Source of the DNA: a virus | Lineage: Duplodnaviria; Caudoviricetes | IMG/VR virus record: IMGVR_UViG_3300021400_000049 | Coordinates: 10,462 to 74,461 of that record | DNA: 64,000 nt | Reading direction: 5' to 3' (one strand) | Part shown: positions 27,815 to 40,167 of the stretch, one piece after another | Layout: the number at the start of each line of letters is the position of its first letter | How positions within the stretch are numbered: position 1 is the stretch's first letter | The notes under the pieces: generated by a model | The model's database searches: none | What the model saw: only the letters and a program-made list of their open reading frames with translations | Told to the model about the DNA's origin: nothing | Program-made: the position numbers and the translations under genes

Positions 27815-28668
27815 TGATAGGACAACAGAAGTTAGTAGCACAGATAATTGACCTTATTGAGAGAGATAAGTTTCCTCGTTTCTCTATAGTAGTGGGTGAA
27901 AAGGGTATGGGGCATGAAGATGTTGGCAGAGTAGTAGCAGAACAGTTAGAGTGTCCATATATTTTATTGCAAGATGTTAAGGTAGATACCATTAGAAAGA
28001 TGATAATTGACGCTTATAAGTTACATGAAACAATGGTATATATCATTCCTAATGCAGATGATATGTCCATTAACGCTAAGAATGCCCTATTGAAGGTAGT
28101 AGAAGATACTCCTAATAAGGCATACTTTATCATGTGTTTAGAGGATCTATCTAATACACTGGCTACAATTCAGAGTAGAGGCATAGTGTTTAGAATGTGT
28201 CAGCCTACTGTAGACGAGATAAAGGAGTATGCCAGAGAGTTGTATGTTAATAAAAGCGATATAGATGAGGAAGAAATCAAATATGTAGGTGAAATATGTA
28301 CGAGCGAAGGTGATGTTGTTTACATGACTCATCATGGAGCAAAGAACTTTTATAGATATGCTCAGTATGTGGCAGATAATGTAACAAATGTGTCAGGAGC
28401 AGAAGTCTTTAAATTCTCAGATAAGTTGGCGCTTAAAGATGAAGAGGATAAATATGATGTGAGATTATTTCTCAGAGCATTACAGTATGTATTGATGAAT
28501 GAGGCGACAAAGTATTTAGATAAGGAAGCAGAATTTAGAATAAAAGTAAGAGTGCCAGCATTGATAGGTAAGTATATGCAAGATTTAAGAATAAAGGGTA
28601 TAAACAAGACAATGCTTATGGATAATCTATGGATAGAGGTAAGAAAGTTATGGAAATCGCAGACGTAA
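27811..28668 (+). CDS. holB: Clamp loader delta-prime-like subunit
   Basis: Degenerate Walker A GEKGMGH; NALLKVVED; TIQSRG. Confidence 0.7.
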   Translation: MMIGQQKLVAQIIDLIERDKFPRFSIVVGEKGMGHEDVGRVVAEQLECPYILLQDVKVDTIRKMIIDAYKLHETMVYIIPNADDMSINAKNALLKVVEDTPNKAYFIMCLEDLSNTLATIQSRGIVFRMCQPTVDEIKEYARELYVNKSDIDEEEIKYVGEICTSEGDVVYMTHHGAKNFYRYAQYVADNVTNVSGAEVFKFSDKLALKDEEDKYDVRLFLRALQYVLMNEATKYLDKEAEFRIKVRVPALIGKYMQDLRIKGINKTMLMDNLWIEVRKLWKSQT

Positions 28669-29567
28669 AGCAACATATAAAGACGGGTAAGCTAGATAAA
28701 GTCTATATTTTCTATGGAGAAGAGTATGCAATTATCAAGTTATACCTAAAAATGATGGCAGAAAAAGCAAATCTTGAACTAACTTATGCCGACAGTGTTA
28801 TGGATTTAATGACCGGAGTTCGTACAAAATCTCTTATTCAGTCGCACCATTTATATGTAGTAATGGATGATAAGGAATACATCACTAATGAGAAGATGCA
28901 AGAAAGATTTAAGGGATTAAATGACGATATTGTAGTTCTGTACTACACAAATGCCGATAAGCGTTTAAAATTTTGGAAACAGAATAAAGACCGTGCGGTT
29001 GAGTTCAGTAAGTTAGAGAGCAGGATTTTAGTAAAGTATATTAAGAAAGAGGCACCATTAAGTGACGATTATTGCCTTAAACTAATTGATATATGTGAGA
29101 ATGATTTCGGCAGAATATTGTTAGAGTTGAACAAGATAAATACTTATGCCAAATCTGAGTGTATGACAGTCGATGAGGCGTTTAAAACTTTAATCGCACA
29201 AAATGTAATATATAGACAGCCTAAAGACGCAATATTTGATTTTGTAGCCGCAGTTTTAGAAAGAAATCCTAGTAAAGCATACGATTTACTACAACAATCA
29301 AAAGCGATAGGAGAAGCTAATTTAACACTCCTATCAGTTCTTTATAATAATATAAAGACATTACTACAAATACAGTCAACAAACGACTATAAAGGCTTAG
29401 GTATAAATCAATTTATCATCAATAAAGTTAAAGCATATAAGAGCAATTATAGTAATGGCGAGTTAGTGAATGCCATGAAACTTATTAGATATGTAGAAAA
29501 GGGTATAAAGACAGGTACTATACCCGATGATTTAAGCATAGAGTATGTGTTGGTGAGAGTAATGTAA
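28650..29567 (+). CDS. holA: Clamp loader delta-like subunit
   Basis: VYIFYGEEY; ELNKI; IFDFVAAV; third gene of the loader operon. Confidence 0.7.
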   Translation: MEIADVKQHIKTGKLDKVYIFYGEEYAIIKLYLKMMAEKANLELTYADSVMDLMTGVRTKSLIQSHHLYVVMDDKEYITNEKMQERFKGLNDDIVVLYYTNADKRLKFWKQNKDRAVEFSKLESRILVKYIKKEAPLSDDYCLKLIDICENDFGRILLELNKINTYAKSECMTVDEAFKTLIAQNVIYRQPKDAIFDFVAAVLERNPSKAYDLLQQSKAIGEANLTLLSVLYNNIKTLLQIQSTNDYKGLGINQFIINKVKAYKSNYSNGELVNAMKLIRYVEKGIKTGTIPDDLSIEYVLVRVM

Positions 29568-29663
29568 TGGAAACTATAAATAAAGTATTTTATATTGTAA
29601 TTCTATTTTGCCTAATATGTTTTTTAGTATTCGGTGATAGAGATAACTGAGAGGAGATACCAT

Positions 29664-29948
29664 ATGAGATGTCCAAATTGTGATAGTGATAATATCTCTG
29701 TTTTAGAGACAATCAATCAGCCTAAAGCTACCCTTAGACAGAGGAAATGTGCTGAGTGCGGAACTAAATTTTATTCTAAAGAAGAAGTGGCACCATTAGA
29801 TAGTGTAAAACCTGTATTCGATGAATGGTTAAGGGAACGTTCAAGAAAATGCAGAGCTAAGAAGAAAGGAGAGGAATACAATGTCAAGTTTGAAGATGGC
29901 AGAGAGCAGCCAGCAGTCCCTAAAAAACCAACATCCCCTCTGTTTTAG
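29664..29948 (+). CDS. NrdR-like zinc-ribbon protein
   Basis: MRCPNC...RQRKCAECGTKFYSKE. Confidence 0.6.
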   Translation: MRCPNCDSDNISVLETINQPKATLRQRKCAECGTKFYSKEEVAPLDSVKPVFDEWLRERSRKCRAKKKGEEYNVKFEDGREQPAVPKKPTSPLF

Positions 29949-30051
29949 ATGTGGTCGTAAGCTCAAATCTGAGCAGTCGAGAATATTAGGCATGGGACCT
30001 ACTTGTTTCAGAAAGTGGCAAAATGAACAAAATACTAAGCCACTGATATAG
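29896..30051 (+). CDS. Small zinc-binding protein (51 aa; not in ORF track)
   Basis: CFRCGRKL...S...GMGPTC, a recurrent phage motif. Confidence 0.55.
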   Translation: MAESSQQSLKNQHPLCFRCGRKLKSEQSRILGMGPTCFRKWQNEQNTKPLI

Positions 30052-30062
30052 AGGTGTGATAT

Positions 30063-30371
30063 ATGCAGATAAGACCTAGAAGAAAATCATATCCATATAT
30101 GTGTCCATATTGTGATGAACTTACATATCCTAGTAAGAGTAGACCACCACTTATATTGCACAATAGGTCAATCACATTGTGGGTATGCCCTAACAATCAC
30201 GAATTTTTTACATATGAAAGGGTGTGTACTCATCAAGATTGGGCATACAAAGTATTTAACGGCATAGAGCAGTGCTGGCGAAAAGATTCAGATAAATGGC
30301 TAAAAGAGTTAATTAAAAAAGGGTTTGGTGTAGAGGAATATAATAACACAATGTCAAATAATGATGAATGA
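30063..30371 (+). CDS. Zinc-ribbon hypothetical protein
   Basis: CPYC...CPNNH. Confidence 0.5.
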   Translation: MQIRPRRKSYPYMCPYCDELTYPSKSRPPLILHNRSITLWVCPNNHEFFTYERVCTHQDWAYKVFNGIEQCWRKDSDKWLKELIKKGFGVEEYNNTMSNNDE

Positions 30372-30391
30372 TCCTCTACATATTAAATGTG

Positions 30392-30427
30392 AAAAATCGA
30401 CTAGAGAAATCTGGTCGATTTTTTTTA
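30392..30427 (+). terminator. Terminator closing the replication module
   Basis: AAAAATCGACTAGA/TCTGGTCGATTTTT plus long T run. Confidence 0.75.
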
Positions 30428-33400
30428 TTCCTGTTGATGTTTATTTATAGGTATATTACCTTATACTTGTAAACGAAAACATAGTTTTTGAAAGGAGAAA
30501 TTATGCAGGTATTATTTGACGAAAGGGATTATGAACCATTAAAAGAAGGAGAGACTTACGAAGGCAAGTTTGTAATTATTACACCTGAGTTCTTCAAGCC
30601 AGAGTTTAGAAATGCAAAATATCAGTTGTTTCATGCAGAAGCAGGATTTGGATGTGATCCTAGTAAGATAGGTAATGCAGTGTTTGGTAAAGATTGTGAG
30701 GAGACTTACAGACAGGAGAGATACAATATTCTCGGTGTAGCTAAGGAGTCCGCAATTCGTGAGTGGGAAAGAACATACCACATGAGTAGAGAGGTTTTCT
30801 ACAGAAAGGAGAATGATTGATGGAAGAATTTACAACAACATTTTGGCAAGATTTCACAATAGCTGACGCCTTCGGTGCGTCAGCTATCAAAGACACCTTT
30901 AAGAGAGCGTTTGAAGAATGGAAGTCAGACTACAGATACCTTACTGATTTAGTAATGGTAGTAAATCATAAGTGCTGGCAGCATTATGAGGAAGGCAATA
31001 CAGAGATTAGCCAGATTTATTCAGATTTATATTATAAGGCTGATGCTTATGCCTGCGAGAACTTAAAGGGTGAAGAGTTGAGTTACTATTTTAGGGTAAC
31101 AGATTGAAAGGGAAATATTATGAAATCTGAAATTAAGTGGAGAGATAATCTTAAAAGTATAGGTACTAATATTCCTAGGGTTGTTCCTAATGAAATCTAC
31201 ATGGCTATGAGTTCTATCGAATTTTATACAAAGACAATCAAGGCATTAGAAAGAGTGGGATGGAAATACTCGGGACGAGATGGAATGATTACTGGTATAC
31301 ATAACGAAAGGGCTATACAGATAGATATTGTGGAACAATATAATGACCATATGTACTTAGTAAAGTTCTGGAAAGACGGCAGTGTACATCTATATTTTAG
31401 AGATGAATACCTTAAAAACAGATATGGAAGGAGAGTATTGATATGAGTAAACCATATAGCAGAGATTATGAATCGGAACTATTAGATTTAGTCAGAGAGA
31501 ACGGAATAACAGATGAGGACTTAGTGTCCTCATTCCTGTGTTATTTCAGTTCAGATGATACCTGTGCTTGTCTTGAAGATGTGTGCAGAACCTATGATAT
31601 AGAGTATGAGGAAGAATAACTTCCTGTTGATAGGATAGCTGAAATATGCTATCCTATTTTTGTAAACAAAAACACACAAATGTTTGAAAGGAGAATATTA
31701 TGGCAGTAAGGATTATGAAGAGGTGTTTCTGCTGTGGCAGAGAATCATCATTGGAGATTACTGATGAGGTAAATAAGAGGTATGAGATGTATCTCAATGG
31801 AGTAGGATATATACAAGATATTCCACTACCAGCAGACCAGAGAGAATTTTTAAAGACAGGTATGTGTCTCAGTTGTCAGGAGTTAATCTTTGCAGATCCT
31901 GATGAAGAATAAATTCCTATTGATAAGGTAGCACCTTAGTGCTACCTTATTGTTGTAAACAAAAACACATTATGAAAGAGAGGTACCAAATGAAACGAGT
32001 TATTTATTTACCAGATGAGCTTAACGAGAATAAGCATATCCTCAAAGAAGTCTATGAGGGACATGGTGTATACAGAAGATACACACCCTCAGGATATCCA
32101 GTACATCAAGAGTGGGCAATAGTAAGAGAAAGTGATGGCTTCACTATTGTTACAGAGTCCTATAATAGTCTTGACCGTGTAGATATGCTGGATGCTATTG
32201 ATAACTACAAAGAAACAGGTAAATATGGTTTTACCTGCTTACAGACACACAAAGGTAAAGAGCATGGCTACTACAATGTACATAGAGGAGGTAATTTAAA
32301 GCTATGAGTTTTTGTGATTTCCATACAATGCAGACAAGGAGCGGTAAAGTATTCACCCCACTTTCTACAAATGATGTGGTAGATGTAATCAGAGATGAAA
32401 TGGGTGATGAGATAGCTGATTACCTCGATGAGTGTTTTTCAGATACTGCCTTAGAACAAGATACTGCCTATACATTATTACAGGATGAGTTTGCAAGTTA
32501 CGAGCAGGAGAACGAGAACTGGCATAACTTTGTAGATGAACTGTCAGAAGAAATAGAGGCAGTTAGAAGGAAGATAGAGGATAACAAATTAACAAAAGCC
32601 AAAATATCCATAGAGCTATATAAAATATATGAAAAGATGAGAAAGGAACTTTAATATGGACGAATTACAACTTATGGTACAGGCATTAGCCGGTACAATC
32701 GAAGATAATACGGCAGAGCTTAGAAAGATGAAGTCAGCAGGTAAACAGGATACAAAGATGTATATCCATAAGTTAGGAGAGATTTCAGCTTATGAGGATG
32801 TACTTAATATGGTCATATGGAGAATCAATCAGCTTTCTAATAAGTGAGGTGAATGATATGTGGTACTTAGTATTATTTATCCTCTTTTGTATATTCTTTC
32901 TTTAATAAGTTCCTGTTGAACTGGTATCTCCTACATGATATCCTATTCTTGTAAAGAAAACAAGAACACATATCTTGAAAGGAGATACCAAAATGACTAA
33001 AGAGGAAATTAAGCAGTACGAGAACAAGGAACCCATAGGTATATACGCACTCAGTAATTGGGGTGGCATAGAGATTTTAGATATTCTCTATGGTATTGAT
33101 GATTATGTGGTAGTAAGATACTATGGTAAGTCCTATCATAGAGTAAAGATTCACTATGGTGTAAACCATAGTTCATTCAGAATAGGCAGATTGACAATAC
33201 GCCTTGATGAGTGTATGAGAGTGTGAGGTAAAACCATGAAAGAGTATATTATAGTAGGGGATACAAAGTCTTTTAAGGATTGTCTTATCACTGTAGTGAG
33301 GGGTGATAGAAATGCCGCAGAGAAAGTGTTGGAGCGTATGCTATATGCTCCAACAGAAAATGACTATAAACTTATGGAAGGTCATAAGAATCTGAGAATC

Positions 33401-33715
33401 AAAGAGGTTAAAGAAAAAGACCAGTGGTGGAATGATCCGTTCTTAGCAAATTGAGAGGAGAAAGAGGATGCGAAAAATTAGTAAGAGTAAGTGGAAGAAG
33501 TGGTTATTGATGCATAGAGATTCAATACTTTAAAGGAGAAAGAAGATGAGTCAGTTAGGATATGAATGTTGTATATGCCATAAGATATTTACAGATTGGG
33601 GTAATGACCCATGGCCAGTAGTGAAAGATGATGATGCAAGGTGTTGTGACGACTGTAATAGTTCAGTGGTACTGCCTGCAAGATTAGCACAATTATTAAA
33701 TAAGGAGGATAATAA

Positions 33716-33976
33716 ATGAAGGATTTTGTAAATGATTTTGAGGTAAGAAAGGGAAAGTTAGATACTCTTGTAGCCAATGCTGGTTACAAGAGTTTTAGAG
33801 AGTTTGCCAAAGATACAGGAGTAACTGCCGCAAATCTATATTCAAATCTTCATGGTACATGGCATATGTCAATGAAAAGAATGTTTAAGGTAGCAAACAC
33901 ACTGAATGTGCCTATACTTCAGGTAATAGAGATTTTCTATCCAGATGAGCTGGCAGAGAATCAGGCATTGTTCTAA
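33716..33976 (+). CDS. Cro/C1-type HTH protein
   Basis: FREFAKDTGVTAANLYS...MFKVANTLNV. Confidence 0.7.
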   Translation: MKDFVNDFEVRKGKLDTLVANAGYKSFREFAKDTGVTAANLYSNLHGTWHMSMKRMFKVANTLNVPILQVIEIFYPDELAENQALF

Positions 33977-35000
33977 AATGTTCCAGTTGTATTCAGCTAC
34001 AGGATATATTACCTTATACTTGTAAACAAAAACAGTTCTATTTGAAAGGAGAACCAATATGTTAGTAACATCAATAGAAATCAGAGAGTGGTTAGATAAA
34101 CAGATTGAGGCCTATCACACATCCTTAGAGAAGTTGATAGTCAATGATGATGGAGATTACCTTAGTAACATCGGTGTTCAGGACAGAGGTATTCATCTCT
34201 GCTCAGATGCAGTAAGGTTTATTGCAGACAGACTTGGTATTGACCTCTGTGTAACATTAAGAAAGAGGGATACGGAGAATCCGTATGAGATTTTCATTCT
34301 GTATAAGGGTGAGAAGTTCTTCGGAATTGAAACTGAGGAAGAGTATCAGGAGAAAGGGGCAGTGGTATAAACCACTGCTCTTTAAAGAGGATAATGCTAT
34401 GATGAAGTTTGTAACATCCTGTATAGATGAAAAGACAGGATATGAGATGGTTTTATCAGAAGTCAGCTATAATGTAGCTATGGATTGGCTACAAAGGCAG
34501 TGTGAGAAGTATTTCAAGGAGATATTTAGAACCGAGAATAATGGTACAGATGATGTGTGGATATATGTAGGTACACCTAAGAAAGATGTAAATCCTATGA
34601 CAGGAGAGGTAGATGTGTGGTATACAAATCAAGTTATATTCCACTATGACGAGAGCAGAGGATATTTGATGCAGGAGTAAGATATGAATTTTGAGGATTT
34701 TTTACAGAACCTATACGGTATTTCAAGTATGTCCAATGATTATGAAGAAAGGGTTGTAGTTAATACCCAAGAAGATGATTGGGTAGTAGACACTGCAATA
34801 GTTACAGATAGGAGCTGGACATATGAGACCGCAGTAATGAGTCCACATTTCAGAAATAATAAATGGATAATAGTCGGTAAAGCAGATACCGAAGAGGATG
34901 CAGTTAAAGTGCATGAACAATGGGTTGATATGATGAGAAATGATCCTAGGGCATTATGGGATATATATGAGGAGAAAATATTTATACACGATTGATTATA

Positions 35001-35034
35001 AGCTACTGGAACTTAATATTCCAGTAGCTTTTAT
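35001..35034 (+). terminator. Intrinsic terminator fused to a promoter cassette
   Basis: AGCTACTGGAA-7-TTCCAGTAGCT followed by TTT. Confidence 0.65.
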
Positions 35035-35998
35035 TTTACCCATATGCTACCTTATATTTGTAAACAAGAACACATAGTTACGAAAGGAGACCACTATGAT
35101 ACAGATTGAGGTTAAGTCAGAGAATGTATTCGGAGATGTGAGATTTTCTTATTGCCAGGTAGAAGATATTCCAACGCACTTCGCAAGATTAAAGTTTGAA
35201 GGCTGGGATAATATACTATCAACCCATCTTGTAGATGAGTTTGGCAGACTACTTAATGAAGATGGACAGTTAGTGTGAAAGGAGACCATTATGAAAGTTT
35301 ACAGAGATAAGGCAACAGGTAAGAAGTTATATCCCGTATGCTCATGGGAAAGAAATCAGCATAAGCTCTATAATGCCATAGATAGGGCACATAATGCAGT
35401 TACCGATTTGTATGAAGACAAGTCGGCTACAATAGAGCAGATTGATAAGGCAGAAGCGTGGGTTCAAGAAGTAGAGAGGTTGACCAGTATATTCGATAGT
35501 CATGTAGCACCTAATGGTGTAGTTTATGCACTATGGGAAGATGGTCAGAAAATAAAGGACATCATATACGGTTATGATTGTAGGCATGACCAGCTTGAGG
35601 CAGAAAGGAGAATGTGATATGTGCCAATATCCATGTAGAAACTGTGTTTATTATAAAGAGTGCGGTGAAAGCACAAGAACAATGCCATGTAATGGCAGAA
35701 TGACGAAGAGTCAGCAGAAAGGGCTAAAAGCAAGCCTGATTGTAATGGATGAGTTTCCTTTAAAGACAAGAGAGGAACTAATAAGAGAAGGAGAAAGAGA
35801 ACAGGCAAGAAGAGCCTTCTATGAGGATTGAAAGGAGACCATTATGTGTAGAAACTGCGAGAACTGCCAATATTGTAAAGAGGACTTTGAATATGATGAT
35901 TTTGGTAATACCTTCGATTACTGCAAGTGTGTACTCACCAATGAGCTGATTGATTGTTCAGAAGCAGAGCATTGTAAGGATTATACAGAGTAGTCCAT

Positions 35999-36036
35999 AA
36001 AGTGTTAGGAATCGACTCCTAACACTTTTATTTTAT
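35999..36036 (+). terminator. Intrinsic terminator
   Basis: AAAGTGTTAGGA-6-TCCTAACACTTT followed by T-rich run. Confidence 0.7.
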
Positions 36037-39000
36037 TTTGATATAAAGTATCAACGAGCAGATAAAAACGTCAGGAAAGAGCAGGAAATGAGTTGAAATA
36101 TTCCTGTTGTCAGGTATATACCTGTATGCTATCCTATATTTGTAAACAAGAACAGAGAGTAAGTTTCATGGTGCCAAGTATATCTTCGCTATGGATGCTG
36201 AAATCGCCATATATGAAAGGAGAGAATATGATACTGAATGATGGATTTTACCCGTCAAAAGAGAGCGGGGTTGTACTAGAAAGATTTGAAGATATGTGGA
36301 CAAAACACTCGATGTCCGATAAGTATGCAAGGGATATTGTGACTACCAGCAATAGTAATATTCAGACCTACTCTGATGCCTTTATGTCAGAGATGGCAGG
36401 GGATGAGATATTCTTTGCAGACTGGATAAGATATAATGAGGGATTACTACCTTACATCAAGAAAGCCGCTGATACAGTGCGTTGGCTACATGAGAATGGA
36501 TATACAGAGTACAAAGTCAATATGCAGTCCGGGATAATAAAATAAAGCGCCTGGATTAGATTTTTATCTTATAGTTGATAAATTGCACACATTGAAAGGA
36601 GAAAGTTAAAAATGGCAACAATGATTAAATATGGAACAAAAGCAGGAGAAGACCTCATACATGATATGAATTACAGACACCCTAAAGGAAATACCCTTTA
36701 TGATGTGTACGGTAAAGTTTCTTCAAAGAAGGCGAAAAGTTGGGAGAAAATCAGAGATGATTGCAACTACCTCAAAGGTAGACGCCTTCATATTATAGGA
36801 GCATCAAGTTATGGGTATTCCTGCATATATGCTTATCCTATATATGACCATAGAGATGAGAGCATTATATCCATGATGATTAGAAAGGAAACAAAGGCGA
36901 ATACCTATGAGATGGAAGTGCCTATAGATGAATATGATAAGAGAATTATACACAAAGGAGAATAAGGAAGATGTTGATATATGATGTAAACCGATATTCA
37001 GAGGATGTATGTAAGTTACCTGATACCATAGTATTACCTGATGATTTAGAAAAGGACGATGTTGATGCCACAGTCAATGCCATAATAGAGTTTGTAGAGA
37101 AGATGTATGGCAGAAAACCGAGCGCATTTGGTTGTAGAGCAAATGGCCAGATTATAAGATACAGAGCATGAATCAAATAAGTTCCAGTTGAAAAGGTAGC
37201 ACCTGAGTGCTACCTTTTTCTTGTAAACAAAAACATTTCTTGAAAGAGAGGACCTATTATGAAGTACATTACCGAAAACATTACAGAGATTGAAAAGCTG
37301 GCCGTATCTATGATGCTCTTTGCTACTTGCGGTGAAGATGAAGATACAATGGCAAATGCCGAAGTATCAAAGACTTCCCCTAACACATTCCACATTGAAT
37401 ATGATGTAGCAAATCCTTTTAATGGAATATCCCTTACAGTAGAGATTCACCGAGAGAGCTATGCTAACGGACAATCGTCAGTATTCCACTACAACGTCAT
37501 ATCTAGTGCCTATGGTGATACCGGAGAGTTCACACTGACAATCGAATAAGTTCCTGTTGATAGGATAGCACCTCTGTGCTATCCTATACTTGTAAATAAG
37601 AACACATATTGAAAGGAGAACCATTATGTTGATGATGTTAGAAGAAGTATTCCCTGGGCAGAATAGAATGAATGAATATCCTATGGGAGAAGAGCAAGAG
37701 TTCCAGAGCATGAAAGAGTTTATATCCTGGAACATAGAGCAGATTGACGAAATCCTGAAAGATGCTCCAGAGGAGCAGATAACAAAAGATAAGCTGACCA
37801 ACGGTGAGTATTCAGTCTATGAAAAAGATGGCGTGGTGTATGTGAGAGTGGAGGTGATAGCATGATTACAAGAGCAAGATTGGAAATGGTGAATGCCAAT
37901 AACAAGAAAGTGTTTGGCAGAAGTATGTGGGGCTATTGTGAATTATCCGATTTAATAGTGAAGTTTTTCAGAATAATGCCTGATTATGTGGACCAAAGTA
38001 AATGTAACCTCAGGGTTTATGATGTGAGTCATTGATATTCCAGTTGATAAGGTACTACATATGTAGTACCTTATTCTTGTAAAGAAGAACACATACATTG
38101 AAAGGAGAACCAATTATGAGAGACATTGATATGAAATGGAGTACCGCAAGAGCTACATACGACCTTATAGTAGATGGAGAGTGGTATGCAGAGGGCAATT
38201 ATGAACAGATGGATGATATGGCAAGAGCCATGAGATTAGCTGATATTGAAGAGGAAGAAGCCAGATGTTCTCAGCCTAGTGATGATTACTACGGTGATGC
38301 AGATGATTGGGATGAGTGCTGACTTATCCCATATAGAAAGGAAACCATTATGGACAAGATAGTTTTGAAACTGAAAGGCAAACTAATAAAGGCCGATGTG
38401 ATAGATTTTTCAGACAGATTAAAGTACGGCGAGATGTTAACCTATGAAGATGCAGATGATGATTGGGAGATATTCTCAGTAAAAGGAACAAAATTCTATG
38501 TAGCCTATCAGCAGTGTTCTGCCTACGATAGGGTGTGAAAGGAGACCGATATGAGTGAAAACATGGTTCTTATAATGATTGATGAGTGCGGAGATGAGCG
38601 GGAATATGACCGTTATACTGTAGGAGATGATTTAGATGAGGATTATCTCGAAATGTGGCAAGAAATGAAAATTTCCAAAGCCAGAGAAGATTATCCAGAA
38701 GCCCGTAGATTTTACTTTGAAGATAGGCGCAATTGGAATAGCATGATAAATGCCATGATTAGAGATGATGAGGGATATGACCCTTGGGAAGATGAAGAGG
38801 TGCCAGTATGAATATCATAAAGCAGAATAAGAAAAGGCAGTTAGTAGAAGAATATGGACCATACATGAATAAGAGATATGCCATATATGACACAATGGGC
38901 ATAATGGAAGTATGGTTCTCAGACAAACAAAAAGCGTTGTCCCATTGGGAGAAATATAAAAACGCGGAGACTTGGGCAGAAAAGAGAGAGCGGTATAAAC

Positions 39001-39108
39001 AAGAATTATTAGCCACAATAGAAAGAGGTGGTCCAGAATTAGATGAACTACCATTTATCTGAGCATATATCAGCTCATTAAAAAGTTGGCGGGCGAAAAG
39101 ACAACCTA

Positions 39109-39480
39109 ATCCATTCATAAATCTATCTATAGAACTAGGCAAATATAAACCATAGATTATAATACAAAAACAAAGCGGAACATAGAGGCCATGTAGAGAT
39201 ACATGACCTTTTAGTGTATACCATATACGACTCTGTAAAATCAGAAAAGAGGGCGGTAAAAGAGTCCTGTTCATATACTCCATTTATTATACCAAATACT
39301 AATACCATATAAACCATATATAGAAACCATATAAATACCATTCTTTAGCCATTTATGCCATTCGTGACATGACTTTATTTAGTCTGTATCTAGGGCCATT
39401 CAGTAGCCATCTAGACTCCTTTCACCTTCTCGCCATTTAGCCCACAATATAGCCAGCCATTCACCCGACATTATCCCCGG
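39109..39480. repeat. CCAT-rich non-coding array
   Basis: About 15 CCAT; CC at 39305, 39314, 39327, 39338, 39349, 39358 (mean spacing 10.6). Confidence 0.65.
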
Positions 39481-40167
39481 CGCCTGGAAACGAAAATTGA
39501 TTCAAATCAAGAAATTTTAGTCCACTAAAGTGCACCTTGCACAAACGGCACCAGGCCACTAGCTTTGCCCCTTGTGGCTAAATTTTGGCGGGCGTCACTA
39601 TTAGGGAAAAGTGCCGAAAAATACGGGGTAGGTATCCGATTTTTAAAAGCCCGCCAAAACCTATTCGTCAAATTGCACAAAAACCACTAGAGGCCTCTGA
39701 CCGAACTCCGATAAGACGTATTCCTGTTGTAAGGTTATATAGGCTAGATTACCATAAAATAAAAAACACACACATAAATATGAAAGAGAGGATACCAATA
39801 TGACAAGAAATGCATTAGTATTAGAGTCTGCCAAAGAATATGCAAGAAAGGGTGCATGGAAGACCGCAGACAGAACATTACATGAAGTTATGGTAGATCC
39901 ATATAACTTTGATGATGAAGAACAGGAGATGGAAGCAAGAGAGTTACAGGTAGAGATAACTTCTCATGTAGCCCTCACTTATGAGCAACTCATGGATTTA
40001 GCCCTTAAGCATTATAACAAGGGCGGGGATAGTACATATGAATGTTGGGAAGAAAGAGATTACCAAGAACATGGACCTATGAGTAAGTATGAAGCACTCC
40101 GTATGTTTGCTATGGATTATGATATAGAAAGGGATAGAATGGGTTGGTAATATACAATCCATTATTT

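Larger units (their letters stand above)
30428..39770 (+). repeat. Eleven dispersed promoter cassettes TTCCWG-[-35]-17 nt-TAYCYT-N-TTGTAAA, usually followed by a GAAAG(G)AGA RBS
   Basis: Copies start at 30428, 31621, 31914, 32910, 33981, 35019, 36101, 37182, 37551, 38038, 39721; each has exactly 17 nt between -35 and -10. Confidence 0.85.
30503..40150 (+). other. Early/host-interaction region: about 25-30 short, mostly acidic hypothetical ORFs
   Basis: Short + strand ORFs each with a strong RBS, grouped 1-4 per promoter cassette. Confidence 0.75.
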
